Shown: positions 9,459-19,593 of the stretch, piece by piece
How positions within the stretch are numbered: the first letter of the stretch is position 1
How the letters are laid out: each line of letters begins with the position of its first letter
Assembly: GCA_041687695.1 (NCBI GenBank)
Contig: JAWLBL010000037.1
Span: 1 to 64,000 of the forward strand
From: Myxococcota bacterium
GTDB lineage: Bacteria; Myxococcota_A; UBA9042; PHBI01; JAWLBL01
DNA length: 64,000 nt
Direction of reading: 5' to 3'
The notes under the pieces: generated by a model
What the model was told of the DNA's origin: nothing
Databases searched by the model: none
What the model saw: only the letters and a program-made list of their open reading frames with translations
Program-made: the position numbers and the translations under genes

Positions 9459-11576
9459 TCAGCCACCGCCGTGCTTCTCCGGGTCGTAGTCGCGGGGCGC
9501 CGGCTTCCCGGCGGCACGCCAGCCCTCGACCACCTCGGCCGGGACCTTGGGCACCCAGTGCGGGCGCAGGCTGGGGTGGCCCCAGCGCACCTTGACCTGG
9601 GGCGGCAGGTCGCCCTCGCGATAGGCGCGGTCGTAGCCGTAGATGTCCGTCAGGAAGACGGGCAGCCCCTCGGGGCTGACGTCGACGGTCATGTATTCGG
9701 TGACCAGCGGGATGGGCTTCTTCATCTTGAAGCCGCGCTGGGTCGTGCCGCGGAAGGTGCGGGCGACGTCCTTGTCCTCGTAGCCGTCGCGCGCGAGCAG
9801 CCACGAGGCGAACTCGACGGCGTCGTCGACGCGGATGCAGCCGTGTGAGAAGTCGCGGCGCGACTCGCGGAAGAGCGAGCGCTTGTCCGTGTCGTGCAGG
9901 TAGATGGCGTTGGACTCCTCGAGCAGGAACTTCACCTTGCCGAGCACGTTCGTCTCACCCGAGCGCTGGACGTAGACCTCTCGGCCGCTGTCGAGCTGGA
10001 TCTTCCTGATGTTCTGCTTCTCCAGGTACTTCGGGTCCTCGGCGAGCTTCGCCTTGAGCTCGCCCTGCTCGACCCGCACGGGCAGGAACCAGTCCGGATG
10101 CGCCACTATTTCGTACAGGCGGGTCGTGAAGAGCTGGGTGCGGTTGATGTGCCCCTGGACGAGGGTCGCCTTGTCGTCGTCGAGGCGGTTGGTGCCCACG
10201 ATGACGCGCTGGCGCCGGACGATGGCGCCGTCCTCGACGACCTGCAGCTCGAAGGCGGGCACGTTCACGCGGATGTAGAAGTCGCCGAGGCCGGGGGCCG
10301 CCGACTCGCGCAGCCGGAGCAGCGTCAGGGCGATCTGCTCGGCGCGCCGCTCCATCGAGACGTTCAGGCTCTTGAGGGTCTCGGCGAAGACGAAGCCCTC
10401 GTCGGGCAGCTCGTGGTGGCGCTGGTACTGCTTGACGGCGTCGAGCAGGGCCTCGCCGTACGCGCCGTCCTCGGGGCCGTCGTAGTAGCCCTCGCAGGCC
10501 AGGCGCTGCTGCAGGCGCGCGACCTCGTCGCCCTTCATGTCGGGCCGGATGCGCCAGCCCTCGGGGAGCGACTTGCAGCCGCCGTCGGCGGCCAGCTTTC
10601 GGTAGCGGGCGTAGGCGGTCAGCAGCGGGGCGTAGGCCGGGTGCTTGGGGTCGAGACCCGCCAGGGCGGCCACAGGGTCCTCGGCCTCGGCGAGCGCGAC
10701 CAGCTCGTCGAGCAGGTGCTTGCGGCGCTTTTTGCCGCGCTTGGGGTCGTCGAAGTACTTCTCGAGGTTCTTGCGCAGCTTGAAGGGACCGGCGCGGCGG
10801 GCGTGGCGGAAGTCCAGGACCAGGCGGAGGAAGGCGCGCCCGAGGTCGGCCTCGAGCGCATGGACCTCGTCGCCGGTCGCGGCCGCGAGGAGCTCGCTGG
10901 CGGCGCGCGAGGCGGCGGCGACCTGGGCGCTGGTCGGTGGGGGCTCGACGCGGGCGAGGCGCTCGCGGGCGTGCTCGCGGTCGAAGGCCGGGTTGCGCAG
11001 GATGGACACGAGGGTCGCGCCGGCGGGGCCGGCCTCGGGCGGCGCGGCGGGCGCCGCGTCGGCGCGCAGCGGCGCCGTGCGCTCGCGGAGGGCGGGCAGG
11101 TCGTACGGCTTGGGGTCGACGGCGTGGGCCTCGAGGGCCTCGAGGCGGTCCATCAGCGCGCGGCCGAGGCCGGTCAGGCGGCCGCCGTCGACGAAGGCGG
11201 CGGGGCCGAGGCGCTCGTGGAGCTCGCGGCGGACGGCCTTGAACCACTTGTCGCTTTCGATGGCGCGCCTCAGGGCCTGCGGGAACCCGCGGTCGCCGGC
11301 GGGGACGTCGCCGGCGGGGGCGGCGTGCAGCGCCTGGTGGGCGGCGGCCAGCGCGTCGAGCGTCGGCGCGAGGGCGTCTGGAGGCGCCGTCTGGGGCGGG
11401 GACGCGGTGAGGGCGCTGGCCGGGTCGGTCGTCGGCGCGGCGGGATGCGGGTCTTCGGGGGCTGGGGTCGGCGTCGCCGGGCTCGAGTGACTGCTCACCG
11501 CGGCGGCGAGCGCGCCCAACAGCAGCCCGGCCACCCCCAGTCCGGCGAGGGCGCCCTGGCTCAGACCTCCTTTCAT
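9459..11576 (-). CDS. L,D-transpeptidase, YcbB/LdtD type, with a peptidoglycan-binding domain
   Basis: RBS GGAGGT before ATG 11576; N-terminal TM; PG-binding LQQRL...AVKQYQRHHEL; IRVNVPAFEL; LGKVKF; catalytic IYLHDT...FSHGCIRV. Confidence 0.9.
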   Translation of the reverse strand: MKGGLSQGALAGLGVAGLLLGALAAAVSSHSSPATPTPAPEDPHPAAPTTDPASALTASPPQTAPPDALAPTLDALAAAHQALHAAPAGDVPAGDRGFPQALRRAIESDKWFKAVRRELHERLGPAAFVDGGRLTGLGRALMDRLEALEAHAVDPKPYDLPALRERTAPLRADAAPAAPPEAGPAGATLVSILRNPAFDREHARERLARVEPPPTSAQVAAASRAASELLAAATGDEVHALEADLGRAFLRLVLDFRHARRAGPFKLRKNLEKYFDDPKRGKKRRKHLLDELVALAEAEDPVAALAGLDPKHPAYAPLLTAYARYRKLAADGGCKSLPEGWRIRPDMKGDEVARLQQRLACEGYYDGPEDGAYGEALLDAVKQYQRHHELPDEGFVFAETLKSLNVSMERRAEQIALTLLRLRESAAPGLGDFYIRVNVPAFELQVVEDGAIVRRQRVIVGTNRLDDDKATLVQGHINRTQLFTTRLYEIVAHPDWFLPVRVEQGELKAKLAEDPKYLEKQNIRKIQLDSGREVYVQRSGETNVLGKVKFLLEESNAIYLHDTDKRSLFRESRRDFSHGCIRVDDAVEFASWLLARDGYEDKDVARTFRGTTQRGFKMKKPIPLVTEYMTVDVSPEGLPVFLTDIYGYDRAYREGDLPPQVKVRWGHPSLRPHWVPKVPAEVVEGWRAAGKPAPRDYDPEKHGGG

Positions 11577-11697
11577 GTCGCTTACCTCCGCCCCCTGTGC
11601 ACCATGATGGGCCGGCCTCGTCAAGAAATGCCGGCCCGGGCGCGCGGGGGCGCGGAGCGGTCCCGTGGGGGCGGCAGGCCGGCGCGTCGGGCGCCGA

Positions 11698-13182
11698 TCA
11701 GCGGGCGAAGAGGCCCTTGACGCCGGCGAACAGGCCCGAGGCGCGCTCGAGCAGGTTGAGGACGCGCGGCGAGTAGGGGAACCAGTTGGGTTCGCGGGTC
11801 AGGCCCAGACGATCTTCGGCGACGGTCTGCTGGAGCGTGTACTTGCGAAGGCCCGCGGGGCCGTGGCGGCGGCCGAGGCCGGACTCCTTGACGCCGCCGA
11901 AGGGCAGCTCGGGGATGCCGTAGCTGATGACGACGTCGTTGACGCAGACGGCGCCGCTGAGGATCTGCCGGGCGACGCGTCGGGCGACGTCGGCGTCGCG
12001 CGACCAGACGCTGGCGTTGAGGCCGTAGGGGCTGTCGTTGGCGAGGCGGACGGCCTCTTCTGCGTCGCGGACGCGCATGATGGGGAGCAGCGGGCCGAAG
12101 GTCTCGTCGCGCATGACGGCCATGGTGTGGTCGACGTCGACGAGGACGGTCGGCTCGAAGAAGGTCGGGGGCAGGCCGGGCGTGTGGCGGCCGCCGGTGA
12201 GGACGCGGGCGCCGCGGTCGAGGGCGTCCTGGAGGTGGGTCTTGACCGTGTCGAGCTGCTGGACGCGGGTCATCGCGCCGACGTCGTGGGTGTAGTGGCC
12301 GTCGACGCCCTGGCGGAGGGCGCGGGTGCGGGCGAGGACCTTGGCGGTGAAGGCGTCGGCGACGGGCTCCTCGACGTAGACCCGCTCGACGGACATGCAC
12401 ATCTGGCCGCTGTTGAAGAAGGCGCCCCAGACGGCGCCGGCGGCGGCGCGGTCGAGGTCGGCGTCGCGCAGGACGATCATCGGGTCCTTGCCGCCGAGCT
12501 CGAGGGTGCAGGGGATGAGGCGGCGCGCGGCGGCCTGGGCGACCTGGCGGCCGACGGCGACGCTGCCGGTGAAGGTGATGTGGTCGACGTGTTCGACGAG
12601 GGCGGCGCCGGTGGGGCCCGCGCCGGTGACGACCTGGAAGAGGTTGGGGTCGAGGCCGGCCGAGGCGGTCAGGCGCTGGACCTCGAGCGAGATGAGCGGG
12701 GTCAGCTCGCTGGGCTTGAGGACCACGGCGTTGCCGGCGAGCAGGGCGGGGATGGCTTCGCCGAAGCCCAGGTCGAGCGGGAAGTTCCAGGGGCTGATGA
12801 TGCCGACGACCCCGAGGGGGTGGTAGGCGACGAGGCCGCGCTTGCTCTTGAGGAGCGCGGGGGTGATCTCCTCGTCGGCGAGCAGGGCCTCGGCGTGGCC
12901 GAGGTAGTAGCGGAAGGTCTCGAGGAGGATGGTCACCTCGGCGAGGGCGTCGCCGCGGACCTTGCCCGTCTCGGCGATGAGGCGGTCGATGAGGTGGGCG
13001 CGCTCGGCGACCAGGGTGTCGCGGACCCTGGCGAGGGCGCGGACGCGCTGGCGGGGGGAGGTGCGGGACCAGGTCGAGAAGGCGCCACGGGCGCGCTCGA
13101 CGGCGCGCTGGACGTCGGGGGCGCCGGCCTCGGGGACCTCGCCGATGAGGTCCCCGGTGTGCGGAGCGTAGACCTGAAGCAT
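11698..13182 (-). CDS. NAD(P)-dependent aldehyde dehydrogenase
   Basis: ISPWNFP, LKPSE, FTGS, LELGGKDP, NSGQMC (catalytic Cys), ETFGP and PFGGVKESG. Confidence 0.95.
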   Translation of the reverse strand: MLQVYAPHTGDLIGEVPEAGAPDVQRAVERARGAFSTWSRTSPRQRVRALARVRDTLVAERAHLIDRLIAETGKVRGDALAEVTILLETFRYYLGHAEALLADEEITPALLKSKRGLVAYHPLGVVGIISPWNFPLDLGFGEAIPALLAGNAVVLKPSELTPLISLEVQRLTASAGLDPNLFQVVTGAGPTGAALVEHVDHITFTGSVAVGRQVAQAAARRLIPCTLELGGKDPMIVLRDADLDRAAAGAVWGAFFNSGQMCMSVERVYVEEPVADAFTAKVLARTRALRQGVDGHYTHDVGAMTRVQQLDTVKTHLQDALDRGARVLTGGRHTPGLPPTFFEPTVLVDVDHTMAVMRDETFGPLLPIMRVRDAEEAVRLANDSPYGLNASVWSRDADVARRVARQILSGAVCVNDVVISYGIPELPFGGVKESGLGRRHGPAGLRKYTLQQTVAEDRLGLTREPNWFPYSPRVLNLLERASGLFAGVKGLFAR

Positions 13183-13191
13183 GCCGGGCTC

Positions 13192-14808
13192 CTACTCGCC
13201 TTGGCCTTCCTCGATGTACTCGTCGGCGTGGCCCTCGTCGATGGCTTCGCCGCCCTCCTCGGGCAGCTCCTCGGCCGGAGGCGGCTCGCCGAGCTGCTCG
13301 TCGGGCAGGTGCTCCGGATCCTCGGGCTCCTCGAGGGGAGGCGGCTCGGCGGGCAGCGGCGGCTCGTAGGCCGTGTCGCCGGGCGTGGGCGCCGGGATGG
13401 GCGTCGGGTCGAGCGGGCGCATGCCCTGGCGGGTGCGCATCGGCACGGGGCGGGCGGCGTCGCCGGCCGGGCGGCGGTCCATGGGGGCGGGGCGGGCGGC
13501 GCGCTCGCTCTGGGCGCGGACCGGGGGGACGGCGGCGCGGGCGCGGGCCGCGCGGGCGGGACGGGTGGCGGCCTCGGGCTCGGGCTCCTCGTCGACGGAC
13601 GGCTGGGCGTCGGCCTCGGAGGGCTCGTCGGTGTGCTCGGGCTCGGCCTTGTCGGGTGCGTCGGCCGGGGCGCCGGCCCCGAACTTGGGCTGGCGCTTCT
13701 TGAAGCCGCCGCGGATGCGCGGGCGCTCGATACCGCAGGCGTCGGGCTTTCCGAGGCCGCCGAGCGTGCCCTTGCAGTAGATGCCGATGACGCCGTCGAC
13801 GGTGGCGGCGCGCAGGCGCGGGTTCTGCTTCATCGCCATCTTGAGGATCTTGTTCGGGTTCGAGGTCGAGCCGTCCTCGGCCGTGACCTCCTTGTCGAAC
13901 CAGCTGTCCTTGAGGTGCACGGCGAAGTGGATGTCGACCTGCGCGGCCGACCAGGGCGCGCCCTCGACCACCTTGATGACGCTGGTCTCGTCGAACTGGA
14001 CCTCGACGTCCTCGCCCGAGGCGCCGACGTCCTCGAAGTAGATGACGACCTGGTCGGTCTGGCGGCCGCGCGGGCGCTTGCTGCCGGTCTGGAAGGCCGA
14101 GAGCTTGTCGGCCTTGAGCTTGAGCTGCAGCTCGCCGAGCTTGATGTCGGAGAGCTGGATGGGGCCGAACTCCTTGGTCGGGACGGTCGGGGCGACGATG
14201 GTCGCGTGGGTCAGGGCGATGTCGATGGCGCCGCGCAGGTCCTCGGGCTTCTTGCCGAGGACGAGGTCGAGCGTGCCGTTGAGGGTGCCGCGTAGATCGT
14301 AGCCGATGGCGCCGCGCAGCAGCTGGGCCGGCCCGAGGCGGATGCCCGCCATCTTGCCGATGGTGAGCCGCGGCGCCTCGCCCTCGGCCTGGACGAAGCG
14401 CGCGTCGCGGATCTCGCCGCCCTGCACCTCGCCCTCGAAGGCGACCTCGCGCCGGCCGTCGAACAGCAGGGGCAGGATGGACAGATCGGCCGCGAGCCGC
14501 TCGGCCTGCACGATGCGCGGCTTCTGCTTCTTGGTCTTTTCGAGGTCCGGCGTGCCGTCGGGGTGCTTCTCCTCGATGGGCTGCAGCCGCAGCGACACGT
14601 CCTGCAGCTCGAGGCCCCCGAGTCCGAGGAGGTCGAGCTGGCCGATGCCGACCTTCATCTTGAGCGCGCTCGAGGCCTGGACCTCGGCGAACTGGCGCGC
14701 CTCCTCGGTGGGGAAGGTCATGCGCACGAACAGGGCCGTGCAGACGACGAAGAAGACCGTGTAGCCGACGCCCTTGGCGACCGCGGTGAGGACCTTCGAG
14801 GTGTTCAC
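13192..14808 (-). CDS. gspN: Type II secretion protein GspN with a long Pro/Glu-rich C-terminal tail
   Basis: Last gsp gene; N-terminal TM followed by TFP; beta-rich body; start overlaps the gspM stop. Confidence 0.78.
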   Translation of the reverse strand: MNTSKVLTAVAKGVGYTVFFVVCTALFVRMTFPTEEARQFAEVQASSALKMKVGIGQLDLLGLGGLELQDVSLRLQPIEEKHPDGTPDLEKTKKQKPRIVQAERLAADLSILPLLFDGRREVAFEGEVQGGEIRDARFVQAEGEAPRLTIGKMAGIRLGPAQLLRGAIGYDLRGTLNGTLDLVLGKKPEDLRGAIDIALTHATIVAPTVPTKEFGPIQLSDIKLGELQLKLKADKLSAFQTGSKRPRGRQTDQVVIYFEDVGASGEDVEVQFDETSVIKVVEGAPWSAAQVDIHFAVHLKDSWFDKEVTAEDGSTSNPNKILKMAMKQNPRLRAATVDGVIGIYCKGTLGGLGKPDACGIERPRIRGGFKKRQPKFGAGAPADAPDKAEPEHTDEPSEADAQPSVDEEPEPEAATRPARAARARAAVPPVRAQSERAARPAPMDRRPAGDAARPVPMRTRQGMRPLDPTPIPAPTPGDTAYEPPLPAEPPPLEEPEDPEHLPDEQLGEPPPAEELPEEGGEAIDEGHADEYIEEGQGE

Positions 14809-15452
14809 TCGTCCTCTCCCTTGTAGTACAGCGTCGAGACGGTGATCTGCGCGTTCTTGCGGGCGATCTGGCCGTCGTGGAACTCGCGCTGCATGTCGAC
14901 ATCGCTGACGAAGAGCAGCTGGTCGCTGGACTCGATCTTCTCGAGGAACTGATAGATCGCGCCGAACGGCACCGTGTCGGCGATGGTGATCTGCTGGTCG
15001 CGCCGGTAGTAGCCCGCCTGGACGTCGGTCTTCTTGGCGTTCTTCGCGCGCGGCTTCTTCGACAGGTAGGTCTCCTGCGTCTGCTCGAACTGGACCACGT
15101 CGCTCATGCGCTTGGTCCCCTCGATGGCGCCGGTGCGGCTGCGCGCCTCGAACGAGATGGACTTGCCCAGCTCGTTGATGGCGAGCTTGAGGTTGAGGTC
15201 CTGGTTCTTCTCGGCGAGCTTCTTGAGGCGCTCGCTGTGGCCCATCACCTTCAGGTAGTCCTCGCTCTTGGCGTACAGCTGCTGGAGCGTGGCGCGGTCC
15301 TCGGCGACGCGCTCCTCGAGCTCGGCCACGCCCGAGCCGAGCCAGAGCTGCAGGACGAGGATGGTCCCACCGAAGACCAGGCCGAGCATGGTGCCCACGA
15401 GCACCTTCTCGCGCTTGGACAGGCGATCGAAGGCCGAAGTCAGGCGGCTCAT
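14805..15452 (-). CDS. gspM: Type II secretion protein GspM
   Basis: FDRLSKREK, TM, coiled coil and ferredoxin-like end (FLEKIES). ATG 15452 overlaps the gspL stop. Confidence 0.8.
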   Translation of the reverse strand: MSRLTSAFDRLSKREKVLVGTMLGLVFGGTILVLQLWLGSGVAELEERVAEDRATLQQLYAKSEDYLKVMGHSERLKKLAEKNQDLNLKLAINELGKSISFEARSRTGAIEGTKRMSDVVQFEQTQETYLSKKPRAKNAKKTDVQAGYYRRDQQITIADTVPFGAIYQFLEKIESSDQLLFVSDVDMQREFHDGQIARKNAQITVSTLYYKGEDE

Positions 15453-17266
15453 CAGGTGTCCTCCCCGGCCTTCTTGGCCTTGGCCGTGGCCTTCTTGTCG
15501 GCGGCCTTGGGCGCCGCGCACTGGATGGTGACCTTCACGTCGAAGCGCAGCCAGTCCGAGCGGTTGCCGAAGCTGACGCGCTGCGTGTCGCTGGTCTCGA
15601 CCTGGCGGAAGCAGGGGTTGGTCCGCAGGCGCGCGATGAAGGCCTCGATGGCCTCGATGTTGTTCGCCTCGCCCTTGATGAAGCCGGCCTTGAGATCGAT
15701 CTTGACCTGCTTGAGCTCGATCTGGAACCGCGACGCGTCGGCGGCCTCGCCGGCGCCGGCTTCGGGCGCTCGGGCCGACGGATCGGCCATGGGATCGAAC
15801 GGGTCGTCGAGGCCCAGGTCGTCGGGCGGCGGGGGCTCGAGCGGGCCGCCGGGGGCGCGCTCGGTCTGGCCGAGCAGCGGGCCGCCGCGGTTGACCGACT
15901 CCTGGGCGGCCGTGATGTCGTAGAAGGCGCGGAAGGCGCTCATCTCGGGGAAGACGCTCTCGGCCTCGGTGTCGGGCGGGGCGCTGATGCGCTTCAAGGC
16001 CGCGTCGAAGTCGGTGGTCGGCTTGCCGAGGACGTCGCCGGTGAAGTGCTCGAGCTCGGCGACGAGCGCGGTGTGGTTCTTCTGCAGGGCGGTGTACTGG
16101 ATGTACTGGCGGCCGAAGAAGGCCACCAGCAGCGCGGCGACGAGGCCGGCGATCCAGACGGCGCGGTCGCGCAGGGCCTTGAAGTCCGAGACGAAGGCGA
16201 ACTCGTCCTTGCGGAAGTTGACGCGCGTGTCGGGGCCGTCGCCGATGTAGCGCAGGGCGAGGCCGGTGGCCTTGGGCATGACGAGGTCGGTCGCGCGCTC
16301 GGCGGTGACGGTCGACCAGGCGGCCTTGGACAGGCGCGGCTGCTCGATCGGGACGCCGAGGGCGGCGCCGACCGCCTCGAGGACGCCCGGCATGCGGGTC
16401 GAGCCGCCGAAGACGACGGCGCGGGTGGCGCGGTGGCCGAAGCGGTTGGCGTGCGCGTGCAGGGTCATGCGGATGTCGCGCAGGATGGGCTGCAGGGCGC
16501 CCTGGACCAGGGCGACGCGGCGGGCGTGCTCGGCCGGGGCGACGCCGTCGGGGGTGAAGCCGTCGAGGCGGACGCCGTCGTGCTTGAGGTGCTCGGCCTG
16601 GCCGTAGTCCAGGCCGAGGCCGTTCATCAGGGCCAGCGTGAGGGTGTGGCCGCCGCGGGCGATGGTGCGGACGGACTGCACGTGGCCGCCGTGGACGATG
16701 GCGACCGAGGTGGTGGTGTGGCCGACGTCGACCAGGGCGAGGGGCTCGTCGGAGGGCGGCAGGCCGAGGTGGTTGACGATGTGGGCGTAGGCCAGCGTGT
16801 CGAGGGTGACGATGCGCGGGTCGGTGCCGGCCTGCTGGAGCTCGCCCAGGTACTCGGCGAGCCAGCGGCGCTCGACGGCGGGGCAGAGGATCTTGGCGCC
16901 TTCCTCGGTGCGCTGCAGGACGTAGTAGTCGTAGACCAGCTCGTCGACGCTCTTGGGCAGCTGGCCGTCGAGCTGGAAGGCCAGCACGCTCTGGATGCGC
17001 TTGTCGTCCGCGAACGGCAGCTCGATCTCGCGGGTGAGGACGCGGCGGCCGGGTGCGGCGGTGGCCAGGGCCGAGCGGTCGACCAGGCCTTTGAGCGTCG
17101 CGTCGATGGCCGCCGGCAGGTCGCCCGGGATGGCCTCGCCCGTGGGGTCGCGCGGGACGTGGTGCTCGCGGAAGTCGACCAGCGAGAAGCTGCGCAGGCC
17201 GGACTCGAGCACCGCCGCCTTGACGGACCAGGTGCCGATGTCGAGGCCGATTACGGTTTGCGCCAT
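15452..17266 (-). CDS. gspL: Type II secretion protein GspL (PilM-like actin fold, TM, PilN-like domain)
   Basis: IGLDIGTWSVK, LVDVGHTTT, GGHTLT, VFGGSTRMPG, VNFRK and one TM. Confidence 0.88.
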   Translation of the reverse strand: MAQTVIGLDIGTWSVKAAVLESGLRSFSLVDFREHHVPRDPTGEAIPGDLPAAIDATLKGLVDRSALATAAPGRRVLTREIELPFADDKRIQSVLAFQLDGQLPKSVDELVYDYYVLQRTEEGAKILCPAVERRWLAEYLGELQQAGTDPRIVTLDTLAYAHIVNHLGLPPSDEPLALVDVGHTTTSVAIVHGGHVQSVRTIARGGHTLTLALMNGLGLDYGQAEHLKHDGVRLDGFTPDGVAPAEHARRVALVQGALQPILRDIRMTLHAHANRFGHRATRAVVFGGSTRMPGVLEAVGAALGVPIEQPRLSKAAWSTVTAERATDLVMPKATGLALRYIGDGPDTRVNFRKDEFAFVSDFKALRDRAVWIAGLVAALLVAFFGRQYIQYTALQKNHTALVAELEHFTGDVLGKPTTDFDAALKRISAPPDTEAESVFPEMSAFRAFYDITAAQESVNRGGPLLGQTERAPGGPLEPPPPDDLGLDDPFDPMADPSARAPEAGAGEAADASRFQIELKQVKIDLKAGFIKGEANNIEAIEAFIARLRTNPCFRQVETSDTQRVSFGNRSDWLRFDVKVTIQCAAPKAADKKATAKAKKAGEDT

Positions 17267-17309
17267 GTTGGGTCTACTCCCCCGGAGTGGTCCGGTGCGG
17301 GATCTGCAC

Positions 17310-18713
17310 TTACTCGGTCTTGAAGTAAACGAGCGAGCCGGTCGACGTGTCGACCACGGTGGTCATCTTGCGCCGGGTCTTGCGCCGGACGCATTGACCG
17401 CCCTCGCCGCAGTCGCTGTCGGCTTCGCAGCGCTGGCCTTCGCCGCCGCCGCAGATGCCCTGGCCCCACCAGTAGGCGCCCTGCGCCTCGATGCGGACCA
17501 TCTTGGCGTCGGTGCCGAGCTGCTGGTTGACGATCTGCTGTTGGAAGACGGGCGGCAGCCCCATCGCCTGAGGCCAGGCCTGCAGGAACTGCGTGAACTT
17601 GGGCATCACCGAAAACGGCGTCGAGTACGCGGCCTTCTTGAGCTCGCGGCAGGCGTGGAGATCGCTGAGCATCTGGTCGATGGGCGCGACGCGGCCGGGC
17701 AGCAGGCCGCACCAGTCCCAGCGGAACTGCTCGGGGATGGCCTGGCACAGGACGCCCCGCAGGCTGAGCGCGCTGGCGTCGTTGACGTTGAGCTTGTTGT
17801 CGGTCGCGAAGACGGTCAGGTCGTCGCGCACCTTGCAGTACACGTCGGTGGTCATGCCCTCGACGAGCTGCACCTCGCCGACGGTGTCGAACTTGGCGTT
17901 CTTGGCCTGGTAGCCGTAGCGGCCGTAGTCGGCGGCCTCGGAGGCGCCGGACTCCATGAAGTTGCCGTCGGGGCCGATGTCGGTCTTGGTGTCGTCCGCG
18001 TCGGTCCAGTCCATGATGTTGAGGGCCAGCTCGAGGGCCGCCTGGTCGCCGTCGAGCTCGCCCGACAGGGTGAAGGGCGTGAAGAGGCCGAGCAGCTGCA
18101 GGCCCAGCTGGTTGCGCCCCTGGATGTTGGCGATGTTGGCGGCGCCGGGCGCGGGTCGGCCGGGCTGGGCGGTGTTGTTCAGGCCGCCCAGCGCGGGCGT
18201 CGGGGTCGCCGCGGCGTTCAGGTTGATACGGCCGTCCTCGGCGACGACCTCGCACGAGAACTCGCCGCGGCTGGCGCCGACGGCCTTCTCGTTGGAGAGA
18301 TCCAGGATGTCCATGCCGAAGAAGCTGGCGCGGCCGGTCGAGAAGATCTTCACGAACTCGCAGGCCTGGCGCCAGATCTCGAGGCGGTTGCCGGCGGCGC
18401 CCATGATGGACAGGGCCTGCTGCATCTGCGGGAAGTTCTTGCGGGCGTTGACGGCGAGCAGGGCGATGCGCGTGGCCGAGCGGGCGTGGAAGTGGGCCTG
18501 GGTGGCGGCGGTGATGTTGCCGGTCATCCAGATGTTGGTGCGGGTGTTGTAGGCGAACTCGGTCGACAGGGCGGCCATGACGGCCACGGTGACCAGGGCC
18601 ACGAGCAGGGCGACGCCGCGCTGAGTGCCGGGCACGTCCGCGCGCACCGTGTCGCGTACGGACGCGCCGGTGATGCGGAGGGCCTGGCGGAGGGGGAGGC
18701 GGCGGGTCGTCAT
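17310..18713 (-). CDS. gspK: Type II secretion minor pseudopilin GspK
   Basis: QRG/VALLVAL prepilin motif lacking Glu5, EDGRINLN, IMDWTDADD, KNAKFDTVGEV and LNVN. Confidence 0.9.
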   Translation of the reverse strand: MTTRRLPLRQALRITGASVRDTVRADVPGTQRGVALLVALVTVAVMAALSTEFAYNTRTNIWMTGNITAATQAHFHARSATRIALLAVNARKNFPQMQQALSIMGAAGNRLEIWRQACEFVKIFSTGRASFFGMDILDLSNEKAVGASRGEFSCEVVAEDGRINLNAAATPTPALGGLNNTAQPGRPAPGAANIANIQGRNQLGLQLLGLFTPFTLSGELDGDQAALELALNIMDWTDADDTKTDIGPDGNFMESGASEAADYGRYGYQAKNAKFDTVGEVQLVEGMTTDVYCKVRDDLTVFATDNKLNVNDASALSLRGVLCQAIPEQFRWDWCGLLPGRVAPIDQMLSDLHACRELKKAAYSTPFSVMPKFTQFLQAWPQAMGLPPVFQQQIVNQQLGTDAKMVRIEAQGAYWWGQGICGGGEGQRCEADSDCGEGGQCVRRKTRRKMTTVVDTSTGSLVYFKTE

Positions 18714-18747
18714 GGTCCTTTCGTCGGGTGTCGGGTGGGGGCTCGGG

Positions 18748-19593
18748 TCAGTACCAGAGCGGGTCGGTCATCGGGAGCTCGGCCTGGGTCTCGAGGACGA
18801 GCGGGTCGCGGCGGTCCTCGTCGGGCTGCGACAGGCGCAGGCGGATCTTGACGCGCGAGGGCAAAAACAGCCCCTCGAGCAGCTCGTTGGAGGCCTCCTC
18901 GGCGGCGTTGTCGACCAGCGGATCGGCCAACGCGGACGCAACCGCGCCGGCGGCGTTGTTCTGCCCGCCGGCCTGCGAGAGCTGCCCCTTGATGGCCTCT
19001 TGCTGCTCGCGGACGGTCTTGAGCTGGATGCGCTTCTCCTCGGCGTCCTCGATGCGGACCTTCCAGTCGTCGGTCCAGTCCTCGCGGGCCTTGTCGAAGT
19101 ACTCGAGCTCGAGGCGCTCGACGCCGAAGGCGACCACCTCTTCGACGCCTCCGCGGCCAGGGCGGTCGTCGACGTGCAGCTTCACGCGCCGCACCAGGGC
19201 GTACTCGCCGTCGACCCGGTCGACCCGGTACTCGACCTCGACCTGGTCGCTCTCGTGCGCGTCCTTTCGGATGGGGACGTGGGCGCTGGTCGTGAAGACG
19301 ATCTCGTCGCGCTCGCCCTCGAACAGGGTCTGGGTGCGCTTGTCGTCGGCCTGGTGCAGGCTGACGAAGGCCATGCCCAGCTCGCGGCGCATGCGCTCGA
19401 GCGCGACGCGGGCCGTGTGGTAGCGCTCCTGCAGCGCCTCGGCCCGCTCCTGCGAGCGGATGGTGATGACGATGCCGCCGTAGGTGAGCACGCCCATGAC
19501 CGCCAGGATCGAGATGGCGATGGCCACCTCGATGAGCGTCATGCCGCGCTGGCCGCTCCCACGGGGCGGGCGCTGGCGGGGCTGGCCGCTCAC
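18748..19593 (-). CDS. gspJ: Type II secretion minor pseudopilin GspJ
   Basis: QRG/MTLIEVAIAI motif; GTG 19593 overlaps the gspI TGA; position in the operon. Confidence 0.85.
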   Translation of the reverse strand: MSGQPRQRPPRGSGQRGMTLIEVAIAISILAVMGVLTYGGIVITIRSQERAEALQERYHTARVALERMRRELGMAFVSLHQADDKRTQTLFEGERDEIVFTTSAHVPIRKDAHESDQVEVEYRVDRVDGEYALVRRVKLHVDDRPGRGGVEEVVAFGVERLELEYFDKAREDWTDDWKVRIEDAEEKRIQLKTVREQQEAIKGQLSQAGGQNNAAGAVASALADPLVDNAAEEASNELLEGLFLPSRVKIRLRLSQPDEDRRDPLVLETQAELPMTDPLWY

